A DNA stretch of 64,000 bases, taken from the IMG/VR virus record IMGVR_UViG_3300028840_002104, positions 1 to 64,000 of that record. The stretch is one strand, 5' to 3'. Below, piece after piece: positions 18,993 to 29,600 of this stretch. The stretch's first letter is position 1; each line of letters starts with the position of its first letter. Below the pieces are notes generated by a model. It ran no database searches and was not told the origin of the DNA. It worked only from the letters and a program-made list of their open reading frames with translations. The stretch is from a virus. Made by a program: the position numbers and the translations under genes.

Positions 18993-21311
18993 ATGGCTAC
19001 TTACGAAGTTTTTCGGGAGGTTCCTTGCTCAGAGGATATCATCACCTCTTCCCTCAAGAAGCTTACCTTCAGCTACTCCATTGATGACCTCTCCACCAGG
19101 ATTACCGTTGATCTTGAGGCTCTCACTACCGCGATTGAAGCTGGCCAGGACATTACCCTAGACAATATTGACGGCTTCATTGGTGATATTGGCCATAGCA
19201 TGGGCGGTGCTGACGGCGACTTTGGAACAACTCTTAATTTCAGGAGTGAGCTTTCAAAGCTGCTGCTTTCTTCTCCTGACAGGAACCTTTCTTTCATTAC
19301 CGCGCCAACCTATACGTGGGAGCAGCTCAAGCGGGGAAAAGACGTAGACACAGCCCTCTTCATCCGAAATGGCGACGACATTGGAAGAGGCGGCTGGACG
19401 ATGAGAATGATCCTGACAGAGATTGCTTATCTTCTAGGTCTTGCCATTCGCGGTCAGGGATATAATCTCATCTACAGCCTGCCTGATTTTTGGGTGCAGC
19501 AATACCAGGTTTCAATGACTACGCCCTACTTCCAGGCGCTTGCTTCAGGGATTTCTTCGTTCAAGCCGAACATCAATATTGTAGGCAATTATGTTGTGGT
19601 CTCTTCTCCGCTTGAGAATCAGGTCCTTTCTTCGGGATCCCTGGTGCTGGATGCCACAAAGATAGATGTCCTGAATCAGCGCGAAGTCTACACGAGGCCG
19701 CCTAAAACCTTGATCTTCACAGGAGGTCAAGGTCCCTTTGACATCAACAGATATCGCGGTAGAAAGGTCCATCATTCAGGCAGAGCGGAAGACTTCTACA
19801 TCTTTGGTCAGTCGTGGGGAAGAGGTTGTCCAGGTTTCTTCGAGACTAGGGTAACTTCAGTTAAGGACTCAAACTCGCTTACTGTCATTAAGCAAGTCTA
19901 TGCCATGTCTAAGCTTGGAGACGAAAGGGGTCTTGTCTATCAGCAGACAGTTAAGTACAAAAGAAGAATAGGGGCTCAGTTCTTTCCAGCTATAGGAGAC
20001 CCTCCTCCCTTCGGCCAAGACTGGAACTATCAGTCTTCTGACATCGTTAACTATGACATGACGGATAGCGACACGGGCAGTTCTCCTCTTCCCGATGGTC
20101 TTGACATTGAGGATCTTATTGTGGAGAACTACCAAAGCTTGGAAATGACGGTAGATCCCACTGAGTATCGTCTGATGGGCATGGATCTTGTCTTGAACTT
20201 TTTCTACAACCTTGGGGACGATTACGACAGACCGCTTCTTTGGAAGACTTTGATGTCTAAGGTTCAGTATCTCTACTACCCACTGCCCAAAGTAGAACGC
20301 ACTCCTTACGGAGTTACTCCTGCTCCTAACTATATAGACATCTTGAACTCTTCCAAGGAAGCGATAGAGCAGGCTATCCGCGAAGTCTACCTCAGAAAAG
20401 AAGGGGAGACTATAGTTAACTACACTCCTGATCCTAATCTACCTATACCGAACGGCTACGAAAGAGCTATTTACTGCGGAAAGACCGAAGCCCCGGCTAT
20501 TGGGATTTGGGCGGAAGAAGGCTGGATGGAGCAGACCCTCTATCACTACGAACATGAGCAGCACGGCGGGAGATTGAAAGAGCAGATCAACCGAGCTTGG
20601 GGAGACGTTTATTTAGAAAGTGCTTACTGGGACGAAGAGGGCGTTCCGCATAAGAATGATGTTCAGATTTACCAGAAAAGAGCGGACATAGATAGGTTCT
20701 CTGCTTTTCCTTACAGGATTCCTCCAGAATACCCTATGCGGAACCTCAGAACCTCTGTTACTAGATATAAAGAGGTGGGCTACAGACATGCTCAAAAAGC
20801 TACTTTTGAGTCGGAGCTTAATTCAGACTGGGTAGATGTTGAGCAAGAAAAGATCATTGAACTAGCTGACTCGGAAACTAGGTATCCGCACTCTCACTAC
20901 AAGGTCAAGACATCCTTTCAGCAAATCCCCTTGTCCCAGGTCCCTACTAGCTGGTCTCGGATGAGACAGATGCCTATCAAGCTCTTTCTGAGCATTGATG
21001 AAGAAGACGCTTTCGGAAAAGCTGAGATTTCCGTTCCTTTGGTCTGTGACTGGTTTGATGCTCAAGTAATAGCTGAGTGGTTTAAGAACTATCTCATTCA
21101 GTCCTCTAACAGGAAACAGACCACCATTGTCATGAAGGGTAAGCACAATGTTCCTGTGGGAGCTGCTGTGTCCGGTCAAGTAAGAGACGGCATGAACAAC
21201 TTTGACTCCCTTGAGTGCGGAGAGAATCCTTACGCAGAGTCTGTTGTTCAGGTTGAAGACGGCAATGGCGATGTGAGCACGGAGGTAACAATCATTGGCT
21301 ATAGACGGTAG
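18993..21311 (+). CDS. Tail tip/baseplate hub-like protein
   Basis: Large gene immediately after tape measure. Confidence 0.45.
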   Translation: MATYEVFREVPCSEDIITSSLKKLTFSYSIDDLSTRITVDLEALTTAIEAGQDITLDNIDGFIGDIGHSMGGADGDFGTTLNFRSELSKLLLSSPDRNLSFITAPTYTWEQLKRGKDVDTALFIRNGDDIGRGGWTMRMILTEIAYLLGLAIRGQGYNLIYSLPDFWVQQYQVSMTTPYFQALASGISSFKPNINIVGNYVVVSSPLENQVLSSGSLVLDATKIDVLNQREVYTRPPKTLIFTGGQGPFDINRYRGRKVHHSGRAEDFYIFGQSWGRGCPGFFETRVTSVKDSNSLTVIKQVYAMSKLGDERGLVYQQTVKYKRRIGAQFFPAIGDPPPFGQDWNYQSSDIVNYDMTDSDTGSSPLPDGLDIEDLIVENYQSLEMTVDPTEYRLMGMDLVLNFFYNLGDDYDRPLLWKTLMSKVQYLYYPLPKVERTPYGVTPAPNYIDILNSSKEAIEQAIREVYLRKEGETIVNYTPDPNLPIPNGYERAIYCGKTEAPAIGIWAEEGWMEQTLYHYEHEQHGGRLKEQINRAWGDVYLESAYWDEEGVPHKNDVQIYQKRADIDRFSAFPYRIPPEYPMRNLRTSVTRYKEVGYRHAQKATFESELNSDWVDVEQEKIIELADSETRYPHSHYKVKTSFQQIPLSQVPTSWSRMRQMPIKLFLSIDEEDAFGKAEISVPLVCDWFDAQVIAEWFKNYLIQSSNRKQTTIVMKGKHNVPVGAAVSGQVRDGMNNFDSLECGENPYAESVVQVEDGNGDVSTEVTIIGYRR

Positions 21312-21504
21312 GGGACGACTGCGTGTAAACCCACGCGAAGCCGAGTTAAGGAGACGAAGAGACGTCCGATTTGTGTCTACTTTTCTTTTGGCCTCGTCGG
21401 AAGGCGTGGCTGTAATAGTGGGTCCTCAAGGGGGAACAGGTGAAATCGCCAATCCCAGGCCCGCCATTCCGATCAACGACGGACATAAGCTGGTGGTCCT
21501 GTGA
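21295..21504 (+). CDS. Small hypothetical tail protein
   Basis: Packed in operon. Confidence 0.3.
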   Translation: MAIDGRGRLRVNPREAELRRRRDVRFVSTFLLASSEGVAVIVGPQGGTGEIANPRPAIPINDGHKLVVL

Positions 21505-21519
21505 TAGAATGGTCTCGGG

Positions 21520-21738
21520 ATGATACGATTTCGCGAATTTCCTAAAAGCAGCCCTATTCTCCTCAGAACGCCCTTATTCAACGGGTTTCCCGTCCAATGC
21601 TGTGGAGATGTTGTTCTCTTTTCCAAAGAGCCTCTTGGGAGTTTGACCGTCGCGGTCAGAAAGGGGCCTATGGTTGATACACTAACCAGTGAGCTTTCCT
21701 CGGACTTTCCTGACTACTTTGATGAGGAGCCAGAGTGA
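21520..21738 (+). CDS. Small hypothetical tail protein
   Basis: Packed in operon, overlaps next gene. Confidence 0.35.
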   Translation: MIRFREFPKSSPILLRTPLFNGFPVQCCGDVVLFSKEPLGSLTVAVRKGPMVDTLTSELSSDFPDYFDEEPE

Positions 21739-22694
21739 GCTTAAAGCAGCGCATCTTTAGTCTTTTCTCAGGAAGAGCAGACTACAGGGGTCTAAGCAAT
21801 CTAGGCACAGGCCAAGTAATTCAGGCTGTGGAGTGGGCCAGAACTGCCGACGACAACAACTCCTTGCAAAATTCAGCCGACTTATACGACGCCGAAGGAC
21901 TGGCCCCTCCGCCTTTTCTCTTTCACGACGAAGTTCCTTCAGGAAACCTGAAGAGAAGGGACGCACTTAGAGCTTTTCCTCGAATGGCTGAAGAAAGGTG
22001 GGGAGATACTTTCATTACCAAGATGGGGGGCATAATGCTCCCCTTCACTCCGCACCTCTTTGGTTTGAACAACCACGGATTTTGCCCTCCCAATTTTGTA
22101 GTGGGCAAGCTTCACGAAAACTCACGGTTTGCATCAGGAGATTTTAGGCAAGATCCTGACGCTGAAGAGGAAGAGCCTCCTTACGGAGAGGCGGCTGAGC
22201 AGAGATCCGACGACAGAATTATACCCATTGACTCAGCAGTTATTATGTTTAGCGGAGACTGGTCCATAGGACAAGGTGTGGTTACTTTTGGTGGTCTTGA
22301 TGATGGCTCACCAAGCTCCGCGACAGCAGGAGACTACGCTGTTGGGGTTGTCACCGCTCGTCTTGAGAACGGTCTTTATCTAATCCAAGTCAGCGGAGTT
22401 TGCCGAGCTTTTGGTTGGGTAGAAAATCTTGTGACCTATTCTGAAGGCACGGAAGACGAGGTTGTAGGCTCTGAGCCCGGTTATGGTTCTACGACAAGAG
22501 TCTATCCAAAGCAGTACTCAAGTACGGGATTTTTTACGCCATCTGCTTTGGGTAATGCTATTCCTGTTATTGCCGCTTTCTACCCTCCAGAGGAGTACGA
22601 AGAGGGCAAGTATCGTGTTCCTCTCTTGGTTAGTCTAGGAGCTTCTGGTGGTGGAGGCGGCGCTAACTTCATCTCCTTTTCGGAGTACCCATGA
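21735..22694 (+). CDS. Hypothetical tail protein
   Basis: GAGGAG RBS, overlapping start/stop with neighbours. Confidence 0.45.
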   Translation: MSLKQRIFSLFSGRADYRGLSNLGTGQVIQAVEWARTADDNNSLQNSADLYDAEGLAPPPFLFHDEVPSGNLKRRDALRAFPRMAEERWGDTFITKMGGIMLPFTPHLFGLNNHGFCPPNFVVGKLHENSRFASGDFRQDPDAEEEEPPYGEAAEQRSDDRIIPIDSAVIMFSGDWSIGQGVVTFGGLDDGSPSSATAGDYAVGVVTARLENGLYLIQVSGVCRAFGWVENLVTYSEGTEDEVVGSEPGYGSTTRVYPKQYSSTGFFTPSALGNAIPVIAAFYPPEEYEEGKYRVPLLVSLGASGGGGGANFISFSEYP

Positions 22695-25159
22695 GCTATA
22701 CGGTTCATCCACCCTTTTACTTGTTTGACTACGGCACGGATATAGATCTCATGGGCTGGAACGAAAACAGAGGCTTGATTTTCAACTCTACGCCTCTTAA
22801 GATAGCCTACCCAACGGATCTTTACAGAGGTCGTGTTCCTTTGTGGTCTAGTCACATTGAGCAAGTTTTCAACTACCACAATGATCTTCGCCTGGCAGCG
22901 GGAAGAGACCCTTATGAGTTTCATGCCTACATAGACGCTTTCCACTCGGATGTCTACGCGGCCAGAAATGGCTTGACCATGACTCAGGCAACGCTCTATG
23001 GAAGCACCGTTCATTTTGGTGTCTTGGAAATTGTACCTTTTGACTGCCTCTGGTACTCTCGTTGGCGCAGATCTAGTATCCAGGAAGTTCCAATCATTCC
23101 TTTCTGCTATTTTCCTGAAGAGATGGGCAGAGAGCCAAAAGAGCTTGAGTTTTTTGGGGGTGGCAGGCTTCCCTGGGAAAACATTGAGGTTATTGGCTTC
23201 AACGGAGATGTTGACTGGACAAATAATGATCCTGACTACAGACGAATCAATGGTGTCTGGGAAGGTCTTCTTTTCTATCGCAGGCTCCGAGATTCAAATG
23301 GTGTTGAGAGAGACCTAATTTCCATCAAGCAGCTCTACACAACGGGAGACGAGCGTGGGGATGAGTTTTGGTATTGGCCAAATAGTTTCTACAGACAACT
23401 CTTCTTTGGAGCTACTCCGAGCTACAAAAGACCTGACATCTACATTGACCGTCCTTATCCAGGCTCTCGGTCTAGGGATACTAGACCAGAGTACGAGTAT
23501 TTTGAGACTCAGCCTCGTTGGGAGACTCCTGCCTACTTGGGTCCGTTTAAGAACACACATTTCGATCTTATTGAAGTTCCAGAAGAGCTTCCTGAAGGAA
23601 CAGAGTCTTTTGAAGTTGACGTCCCTGTTAGAAGTTCTGACGGCGCAGACTTAGGGATTTCCTTAACACTTAACTTTTCTCGTCCTGGTGTAGATCAGGC
23701 AATCTTCTATGTTGGTTTCCGTCTCCTTCGGACAGAGCCTTCTTTCTTTGAAGAGCATCTGCCTTTGGTTGGTTCTCCGGATCTTTTTAATGAGAGGATG
23801 AACTTCCACATCATGCAGGAAAGGCATCTGACAGAAAGAGGCGGAAACATTAATCCTTCTGATAACGCCATCTATAGCTACTTAGAAATAATTCCGTTTT
23901 CGGAATACGCTTTGTTCTCAATGGGGCGAAACACGATCTTTCCGCGCTTCAGTCATTCCTATCTTGACGGAAGATCTAAGGCGCGAAAAATAGTTGCCCA
24001 TGTTGATTCGATGCCAGCAGAAAGTCGTTTCTCTTTCAAACCAGGAGACAACGTTGCTTCTTTCGAGGGAACGCCTACACTGACAGGCTACGCTTCAAAC
24101 TTTAGGGATTACTTTGCCGAAGCGCGGGAATCTCTAGAGGGCTTGATTGAAGACGGCTTGATAGTGAGAAAGAATGTAGGCGGAAACGACACCCCAGAGA
24201 TTGGTTCTTTGCCTGACTTTCTCCGAACTAAGTACACATCCGAAGGAGAGAGAGACGAGCTATGGAGTGAACAGCCTTGGCCTGATCGTACCAAGTTTGA
24301 TGAATGGGAGCATGAACTTTCTGAGATAGGAACTAAAGTAGTTGTTCTAAAGCCTGAAGATCCGGAGGTCTATGATCTTAGAATAGAAGTCTTGAGAGGG
24401 CCTTGGGACATTGATCTAGATGAAGTTGCTTTCCGTTCTTTCTCAGTTCCAAGACTTCATCTTAGGCTTGATTGCGGCACGGGCCTCTTGGCTTACGATA
24501 CTGTTATATTGGCTCCCGGAGGCTCTGCGTGGGCTCCAGGAGTTTGGCCTCTAGGCCCACATAATCTAAATTGGTCTCCTGGGGATACTCTCGAAAGTCA
24601 CGTATACTATAATCGGTTTCCTGAAGCGTATGCTCTCTTGGAGTCTGAGATCTTGTCGGAAATAGACTCCAACCCTTGGACTGTTCTTGATGCGGCGGGC
24701 AGTAGTGCTCAGCCTGATCCAACAACTCCGCTCGGAAGGCAAGACTGGTTTGACTCAGAAGCTATTCAAAGCGGCTTGGATGCCTATAAGAATTTGCCAG
24801 GCAACGGAGGAGGTTACACTTTTTGGTACTCTCTTGAGGACATTCTCGGCAAGCTACACTTTAGCGCGTATACCTGGTCTGGCTACGGCAGCTCTGACTG
24901 GACAAGAATTACGACCGGTATTTCTAGGAATATCATTGGCGGTCATATTGTCATGCTTGTGTCTGATCCTTGGATATATCGCATGTTCGGCCAGGATATT
25001 ACAGGGGACCCTTTCGCGGAGGGTTGGCTTCTTCCTGCTCTTGGAGAGGGTCTTGCTAGAGCAGGCATACGACTTGACGTTTTAACCAGAAGCGAAAGTG
25101 GCGCGGAAAGAATAGAAGAGCTTACTGAACCTACAGGCGGTAAAATACTAGTTTTCTAG
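22691..25159 (+). CDS. Large virion/tail protein of unknown family
   Basis: 822 aa, aromatic-rich, within tail operon. Confidence 0.45.
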   Translation: MSYTVHPPFYLFDYGTDIDLMGWNENRGLIFNSTPLKIAYPTDLYRGRVPLWSSHIEQVFNYHNDLRLAAGRDPYEFHAYIDAFHSDVYAARNGLTMTQATLYGSTVHFGVLEIVPFDCLWYSRWRRSSIQEVPIIPFCYFPEEMGREPKELEFFGGGRLPWENIEVIGFNGDVDWTNNDPDYRRINGVWEGLLFYRRLRDSNGVERDLISIKQLYTTGDERGDEFWYWPNSFYRQLFFGATPSYKRPDIYIDRPYPGSRSRDTRPEYEYFETQPRWETPAYLGPFKNTHFDLIEVPEELPEGTESFEVDVPVRSSDGADLGISLTLNFSRPGVDQAIFYVGFRLLRTEPSFFEEHLPLVGSPDLFNERMNFHIMQERHLTERGGNINPSDNAIYSYLEIIPFSEYALFSMGRNTIFPRFSHSYLDGRSKARKIVAHVDSMPAESRFSFKPGDNVASFEGTPTLTGYASNFRDYFAEARESLEGLIEDGLIVRKNVGGNDTPEIGSLPDFLRTKYTSEGERDELWSEQPWPDRTKFDEWEHELSEIGTKVVVLKPEDPEVYDLRIEVLRGPWDIDLDEVAFRSFSVPRLHLRLDCGTGLLAYDTVILAPGGSAWAPGVWPLGPHNLNWSPGDTLESHVYYNRFPEAYALLESEILSEIDSNPWTVLDAAGSSAQPDPTTPLGRQDWFDSEAIQSGLDAYKNLPGNGGGYTFWYSLEDILGKLHFSAYTWSGYGSSDWTRITTGISRNIIGGHIVMLVSDPWIYRMFGQDITGDPFAEGWLLPALGEGLARAGIRLDVLTRSESGAERIEELTEPTGGKILVF

Positions 25160-25169
25160 GAGGTTTCCA

Positions 25170-26171
25170 ATGTCTAGACCTTGGGATTTAGGTTTCTATC
25201 ACAGTGGCGCAGGAGACGATGATCTTGGTGGAGCAATAGGTAGCAGGATAGACAATGCTGACATGATCTCTTGGACGTCTCTTGTGAATGTTACAGGAGT
25301 TACGATCATTGATGCTGCTTCATTTCATGCTTTGGACCTAGACGAGAATCCTCTAGGAGTACTTGCTTATGAGAACGCTTCAGGTTCGCTAAAGTGGCAG
25401 CCTCCAGGAGAAGCTGTCTTTGGTTCTCTGGTGGATGTGGGAGCTGGCGGTCTAAACTACTTGTACGGACCTTATGATGACTCTCAGTATCTCGCTGTCG
25501 AAGTTCAGGCAGGCAGTCTTCCAGGAAGTGACCAGCAGGATAATGTGAATTTCTCCTACATCAGCAATGTGATCTTCGACGACGTTACTTCTCAGGAAAG
25601 CGAGACCGGGGACATTGAGTACAAGGGCTTTTTTATCAAGAACGAGAGCGGGGATTTTCTAACTGGTCTACAAGTCTATGCGGATGTTTCCTATGTTGAT
25701 TCCGGTGCTCTTGTTTCAGGCTATGGTAGTTCAGGAAGTGTTGAAGTAGACATGGGAAGTTATCTTGCCGATTTTCCTGCATCAGGCTTCATGTATAATT
25801 CGGAAAGAAGTGAGGCCCTCTATTACGCATCGAAGTCTATAGACGGTACGAAGGCTCTGGTTTCTTCCGCAGGAAGAGGTGTCCGAGGAACGGCTGCTGC
25901 GGCGGGTCTGGCAGGTGACGGCATTAACTACTATGCTCCCATTGACCTGGGATTTGAAGAGCCCTCTGGTGGGAGTATCCAGACAATAGCGAATGAAAGC
26001 ACAGCTCCTTCGGGAGTAAGTTTCAACTACCACGGTCTTTCTTCAGTCAAACTGCTTGGTGGCCTCGGTCCTCTAGAAATGTGGGGAGTCTGGCTCAAGA
26101 GATTTGTTCAGGTCAACTCAAGGCCCCTTGTTGGCCAGAGAGGGTCACTTCGGTTTGTCTTCGACAACTAA
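25170..26171 (+). CDS. Minor tail protein (paralog of 28566..29600)
   Basis: NVIFDDVTSQESETGDIEYKGFFIKN and GVWLKR motifs. Confidence 0.55.
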   Translation: MSRPWDLGFYHSGAGDDDLGGAIGSRIDNADMISWTSLVNVTGVTIIDAASFHALDLDENPLGVLAYENASGSLKWQPPGEAVFGSLVDVGAGGLNYLYGPYDDSQYLAVEVQAGSLPGSDQQDNVNFSYISNVIFDDVTSQESETGDIEYKGFFIKNESGDFLTGLQVYADVSYVDSGALVSGYGSSGSVEVDMGSYLADFPASGFMYNSERSEALYYASKSIDGTKALVSSAGRGVRGTAAAAGLAGDGINYYAPIDLGFEEPSGGSIQTIANESTAPSGVSFNYHGLSSVKLLGGLGPLEMWGVWLKRFVQVNSRPLVGQRGSLRFVFDN

Positions 26172-26181
26172 GGAATGACAC

Positions 26182-27774
26182 ATGGCAGATCATTACGTCA
26201 ATTTTGACGCTACAAACAATGGTGATGGTACTACTTGGACAGATGCGGCTGCTCCAGGAGGGGCGGGTGCTTGGAATCAGTTCACAGCCGCTGAGCACGC
26301 TTCTGTTTCAGCAGGAGACTTTGTTTGGTTCAAGCCCGGAAATTCGACAAGAAAGTCTCTGTCACCGAAGGCGGGGAGTTTAGGTAGCTGGATTCATTAC
26401 TGCTCTTGGCCCTCTGCTAGCCATCGTTACTATGAATCTAGGCCCTCAGGTCCTAGAACTACTTGGGACCCTCTTGGTGAGTGGGCAAATCTTCTTTCCT
26501 TAGTCGCGGAAAGCCATAACTGGTACTCAGGTTTTAACATTGCTCAAGGTTCTGATGGTTTTAAGATCAATTCCAAGGAAGATGTCTATGGGGAAAGAAT
26601 AGATTCCACTCAGTACGATCCTTCCACGTCCAAAGGAGGGCTTCAGATTGTTAGTTCTAAGCAGATCTTTCTCTACAGTTGCTGGTTTAGAGGTAATTCC
26701 ACAGTTTCTGGCACAAGAAACGGCATTGACATTGATTCTGCGGAAGCAGTTACCCTGTCGTCTTGTCAAGTAGAAGCAGGAACTTCTGATGCATGGATGG
26801 TCTACTGTTTAGATAGCAAAGGTGTTCGTCTCTTCACCGCTTCTCTCACAGGAACTGAACCTGGCTACGGAATGGGTTTCGTGGGCTGCTCTCGTTGTTC
26901 ACTGCGTAATTGTGAGACTAGCAAGATCAGAAGTAGATATAGCTCGGACCTTCACATGATCTTTTGTGAAACAACCGAAGGCTCAAGTGACTACGGTCTT
27001 GAGATTATGGATATTACAGATTCTGACGATGATTCGTGTCATATTGTCGCGGACTCTTGTATCTTTGAAGGAAGCAGTGCCGACGTGTACCTTCCTTCGG
27101 GAAACCTGAAGGGCTCTATCATTGGCTCTGAGAACACTTTTGACCTTCCGAGTTTGACACAGGATCCCGACAACAAGTTTCTGATTTCCTTGTCCAACCA
27201 CAACAGCGTTGACAATAATTTCATTCAGCGAAGTTGGGCGGGAGACATCAGCGTTTCGCCTGTCAAGCGAGAGGGCCACTATTGGTTTAGTTATTTGATG
27301 TCCCCTAGCTCTGCTGTCGGCACATCTGGCGGAGTTGACGGCCTTGTCCTGAGCCCTCCAGGTCATGAGACAATGAGAGTAGTTTTTCCTGAAGTTCCTT
27401 GGTACGACGGATACGCCATGATTAAAATATACGGAGCTTATTCTTCAGGCTGGTCTTCGGGAGAGCTAAACCACCACACTCTCTGGGCAGAGGGCGAGGT
27501 TCTTTTGGAGTACACCCGAAGAGCCCTGATTCCCATGGTAAATCAAAGGCATTATTTAAGCGGCCTGGACGAAGATATAGGAACAGGTAGCACAGAAGAT
27601 ACGGCGTCAACTTGGTCTGACGGAACCGTAACTCCTTTTGTTTTGACCCTTTCCTGCTTTTTTGGCTCACTAGAATTTTTGGACAGAAGAGCGCAAATAA
27701 GGGTCTATTTGGCGAATTCTGGTGGTCTCGTATACATTGACCCTGTTCCGGAGGTTGCGAGGTACTATTTCTGA
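26182..27774 (+). CDS. Tail spike/receptor-binding protein with beta-helix
   Basis: HYVNFDATNNGDGTTWTDA, AGDFVWFKPG, repeated beta-helix strands, C-terminal VYIDP. Confidence 0.6.
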   Translation: MADHYVNFDATNNGDGTTWTDAAAPGGAGAWNQFTAAEHASVSAGDFVWFKPGNSTRKSLSPKAGSLGSWIHYCSWPSASHRYYESRPSGPRTTWDPLGEWANLLSLVAESHNWYSGFNIAQGSDGFKINSKEDVYGERIDSTQYDPSTSKGGLQIVSSKQIFLYSCWFRGNSTVSGTRNGIDIDSAEAVTLSSCQVEAGTSDAWMVYCLDSKGVRLFTASLTGTEPGYGMGFVGCSRCSLRNCETSKIRSRYSSDLHMIFCETTEGSSDYGLEIMDITDSDDDSCHIVADSCIFEGSSADVYLPSGNLKGSIIGSENTFDLPSLTQDPDNKFLISLSNHNSVDNNFIQRSWAGDISVSPVKREGHYWFSYLMSPSSAVGTSGGVDGLVLSPPGHETMRVVFPEVPWYDGYAMIKIYGAYSSGWSSGELNHHTLWAEGEVLLEYTRRALIPMVNQRHYLSGLDEDIGTGSTEDTASTWSDGTVTPFVLTLSCFFGSLEFLDRRAQIRVYLANSGGLVYIDPVPEVARYYF

Positions 27775-28052
27775 TGGATGTCTGGAATCGTTTCGGCCTA
27801 ATCCGACAAGCTGACCAAAAGTATTGGACTCCCCACGGTCTTTTGATCCACGGGAATCCTCAGAAGGTCCTTGGTCTTGAGGAATACGAGATTGAGGCGT
27901 ACATACTCTCTTCCCAGGCTCTTGATAAGTGGGATATCTCAGGTGTCAAGGGTCCTAGAAGTAGAGTGGGTGCTTCTCCAGGAGTACCTTCTACTGCTAC
28001 AGGGAGAGACAAGGCAGCCAAGCCTTATGTGACGCAAGGAGGTTTCTTGTGA
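27774..28052 (+). CDS. Hypothetical protein
   Basis: Coupled start/stop overlap. Confidence 0.4.
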   Translation: MDVWNRFGLIRQADQKYWTPHGLLIHGNPQKVLGLEEYEIEAYILSSQALDKWDISGVKGPRSRVGASPGVPSTATGRDKAAKPYVTQGGFL

Positions 28053-28555
28053 ACGTCACTTATCGTTTCTGGGTTTCAAATGCTGGTTTCATGGCCGAAG
28101 GACTAAGCCCTGATTTTGAGGCGCTTCATCGTGAGTCTGACGGCTTTGATCTCATAGGTTCCGCTCCGTCTATCACTGAGATTGGCGGAGGCTGGTACAA
28201 GTTCACCATTCCACAGACAGACATGCCTATAGTAGGCGTGGTTGATGCAGATCCAGGAGACTCGAACAATCTTGACAGCAGGGATCGTTACATTCCTGTG
28301 TTCATGCATGAGGATGACTACAATCTGGACTTGCAGCTCTCTTCGCTGAACATCTCGGCCTCTCAGATTGCAGATGCAGTTTGGCAGGAACCAATTGATG
28401 ACCATGATGGGGTGTCCGGCTCTGCTGCCCAGTATCAGTCTGTTCTCCTGCGCGGTGAGTGGGAACTAGATGGCAGTACCTTGAAGCTAAAGACTCCAGA
28501 GGGCGTGACCTTCCAGGAATTCACGATCAGTACGACAGCTCGAACGCCAACGTAA
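28049..28555 (+). CDS. Hypothetical virion protein
   Basis: TEIGGGWYKF and IADAVWQEPI motifs seen in phage tail proteins. Confidence 0.5.
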   Translation: MNVTYRFWVSNAGFMAEGLSPDFEALHRESDGFDLIGSAPSITEIGGGWYKFTIPQTDMPIVGVVDADPGDSNNLDSRDRYIPVFMHEDDYNLDLQLSSLNISASQIADAVWQEPIDDHDGVSGSAAQYQSVLLRGEWELDGSTLKLKTPEGVTFQEFTISTTARTPT

Positions 28556-28565
28556 GGAGACTCCA

Positions 28566-29600
28566 GTGTCTTTGGATATTCGTTTCTTGCGAACAAATAG
28601 CCTGGCAACTCAGGATGGTCAGGCTGGCTACAACATGCGTGGTGGTAGGTACTCTGCTGATGAGATAGTTGATGTAATTGCGGAGCTTCCCTACGAGCTG
28701 ACAGGAGTTAACTTCACCTCCGCTTCTTCGAGAAACCTCAGAGGCGGAAGAGTAGGCTATCTGAACTTCAACTACGATTATGGCTATTTCAACTACTCTT
28801 GGAACTATCGACACCAGATGTCGTGGAAGGCTCCCGGGTCCCCTGAGTTTGGACCTACTCTTGATGTCCCCCTTGATCCCTTTGATATTTCCGCACGCAT
28901 AGAGCTTTACGACGGATATGATCCTGACAAGTATCTTCTTGTCGAAGTAGCCCAAGGCGAGCTTCCTCTCCAGAACTTCTCGGATCTTCCAGTCATGCTT
29001 CTTCCGAGCATCAACAACATCTTCGACGACGCCACGCCCCTTGAGGCGGAAGAAGGTATGACTGACTACAGATGCGTAGTTGCTCGAAACGTAGGAGACT
29101 CCTCGTGGACAACAGCCTCCCTTTGGTTAGAGACCAACATCTCTTCAACCACGGTTTCCAATTTCTCAGGATACGCCACTGAGGGAGAGATCACTATCAA
29201 CGTAGCTTCTACCATCGGCTATCCCAAGTCAGCCTACATTTTCAATCGGAACTACGGTGAGATCATGCTGTATGACTACAAGACGCCTACTTCTTTCCAC
29301 GTGCCAGTCCTGGGAAGAGGCGCTCTGGGGTCAACGGTGACTGGCGGTGAATACGAGAACACCATTGACTACTACGTGCCTATTGATGTGGGAGTAGGTG
29401 GCTCCTATCCAACGGTTACAGTTAGCAGCTATGAGGCCCGTCCTTTCGGAATTACCTTTGCCCATCCCCTCCCAAATTCTCCTCTTTCGGCTACCGTGGT
29501 CAACGGAGAATTTGTACCCATTTGGCTAGGAAGACAGATCACTCCTGGCATGTCTGAGGTCGGTAAATTGCGGTTTGATCTTATTCTGGAGGCGGCATGA
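28566..29600 (+). CDS. Minor tail protein (paralog of 25170..26171)
   Basis: NNIFDDATPLEAEEGMTDYRCVVARN and PIWLGR motifs. Confidence 0.55.
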   Translation: MSLDIRFLRTNSLATQDGQAGYNMRGGRYSADEIVDVIAELPYELTGVNFTSASSRNLRGGRVGYLNFNYDYGYFNYSWNYRHQMSWKAPGSPEFGPTLDVPLDPFDISARIELYDGYDPDKYLLVEVAQGELPLQNFSDLPVMLLPSINNIFDDATPLEAEEGMTDYRCVVARNVGDSSWTTASLWLETNISSTTVSNFSGYATEGEITINVASTIGYPKSAYIFNRNYGEIMLYDYKTPTSFHVPVLGRGALGSTVTGGEYENTIDYYVPIDVGVGGSYPTVTVSSYEARPFGITFAHPLPNSPLSATVVNGEFVPIWLGRQITPGMSEVGKLRFDLILEAA

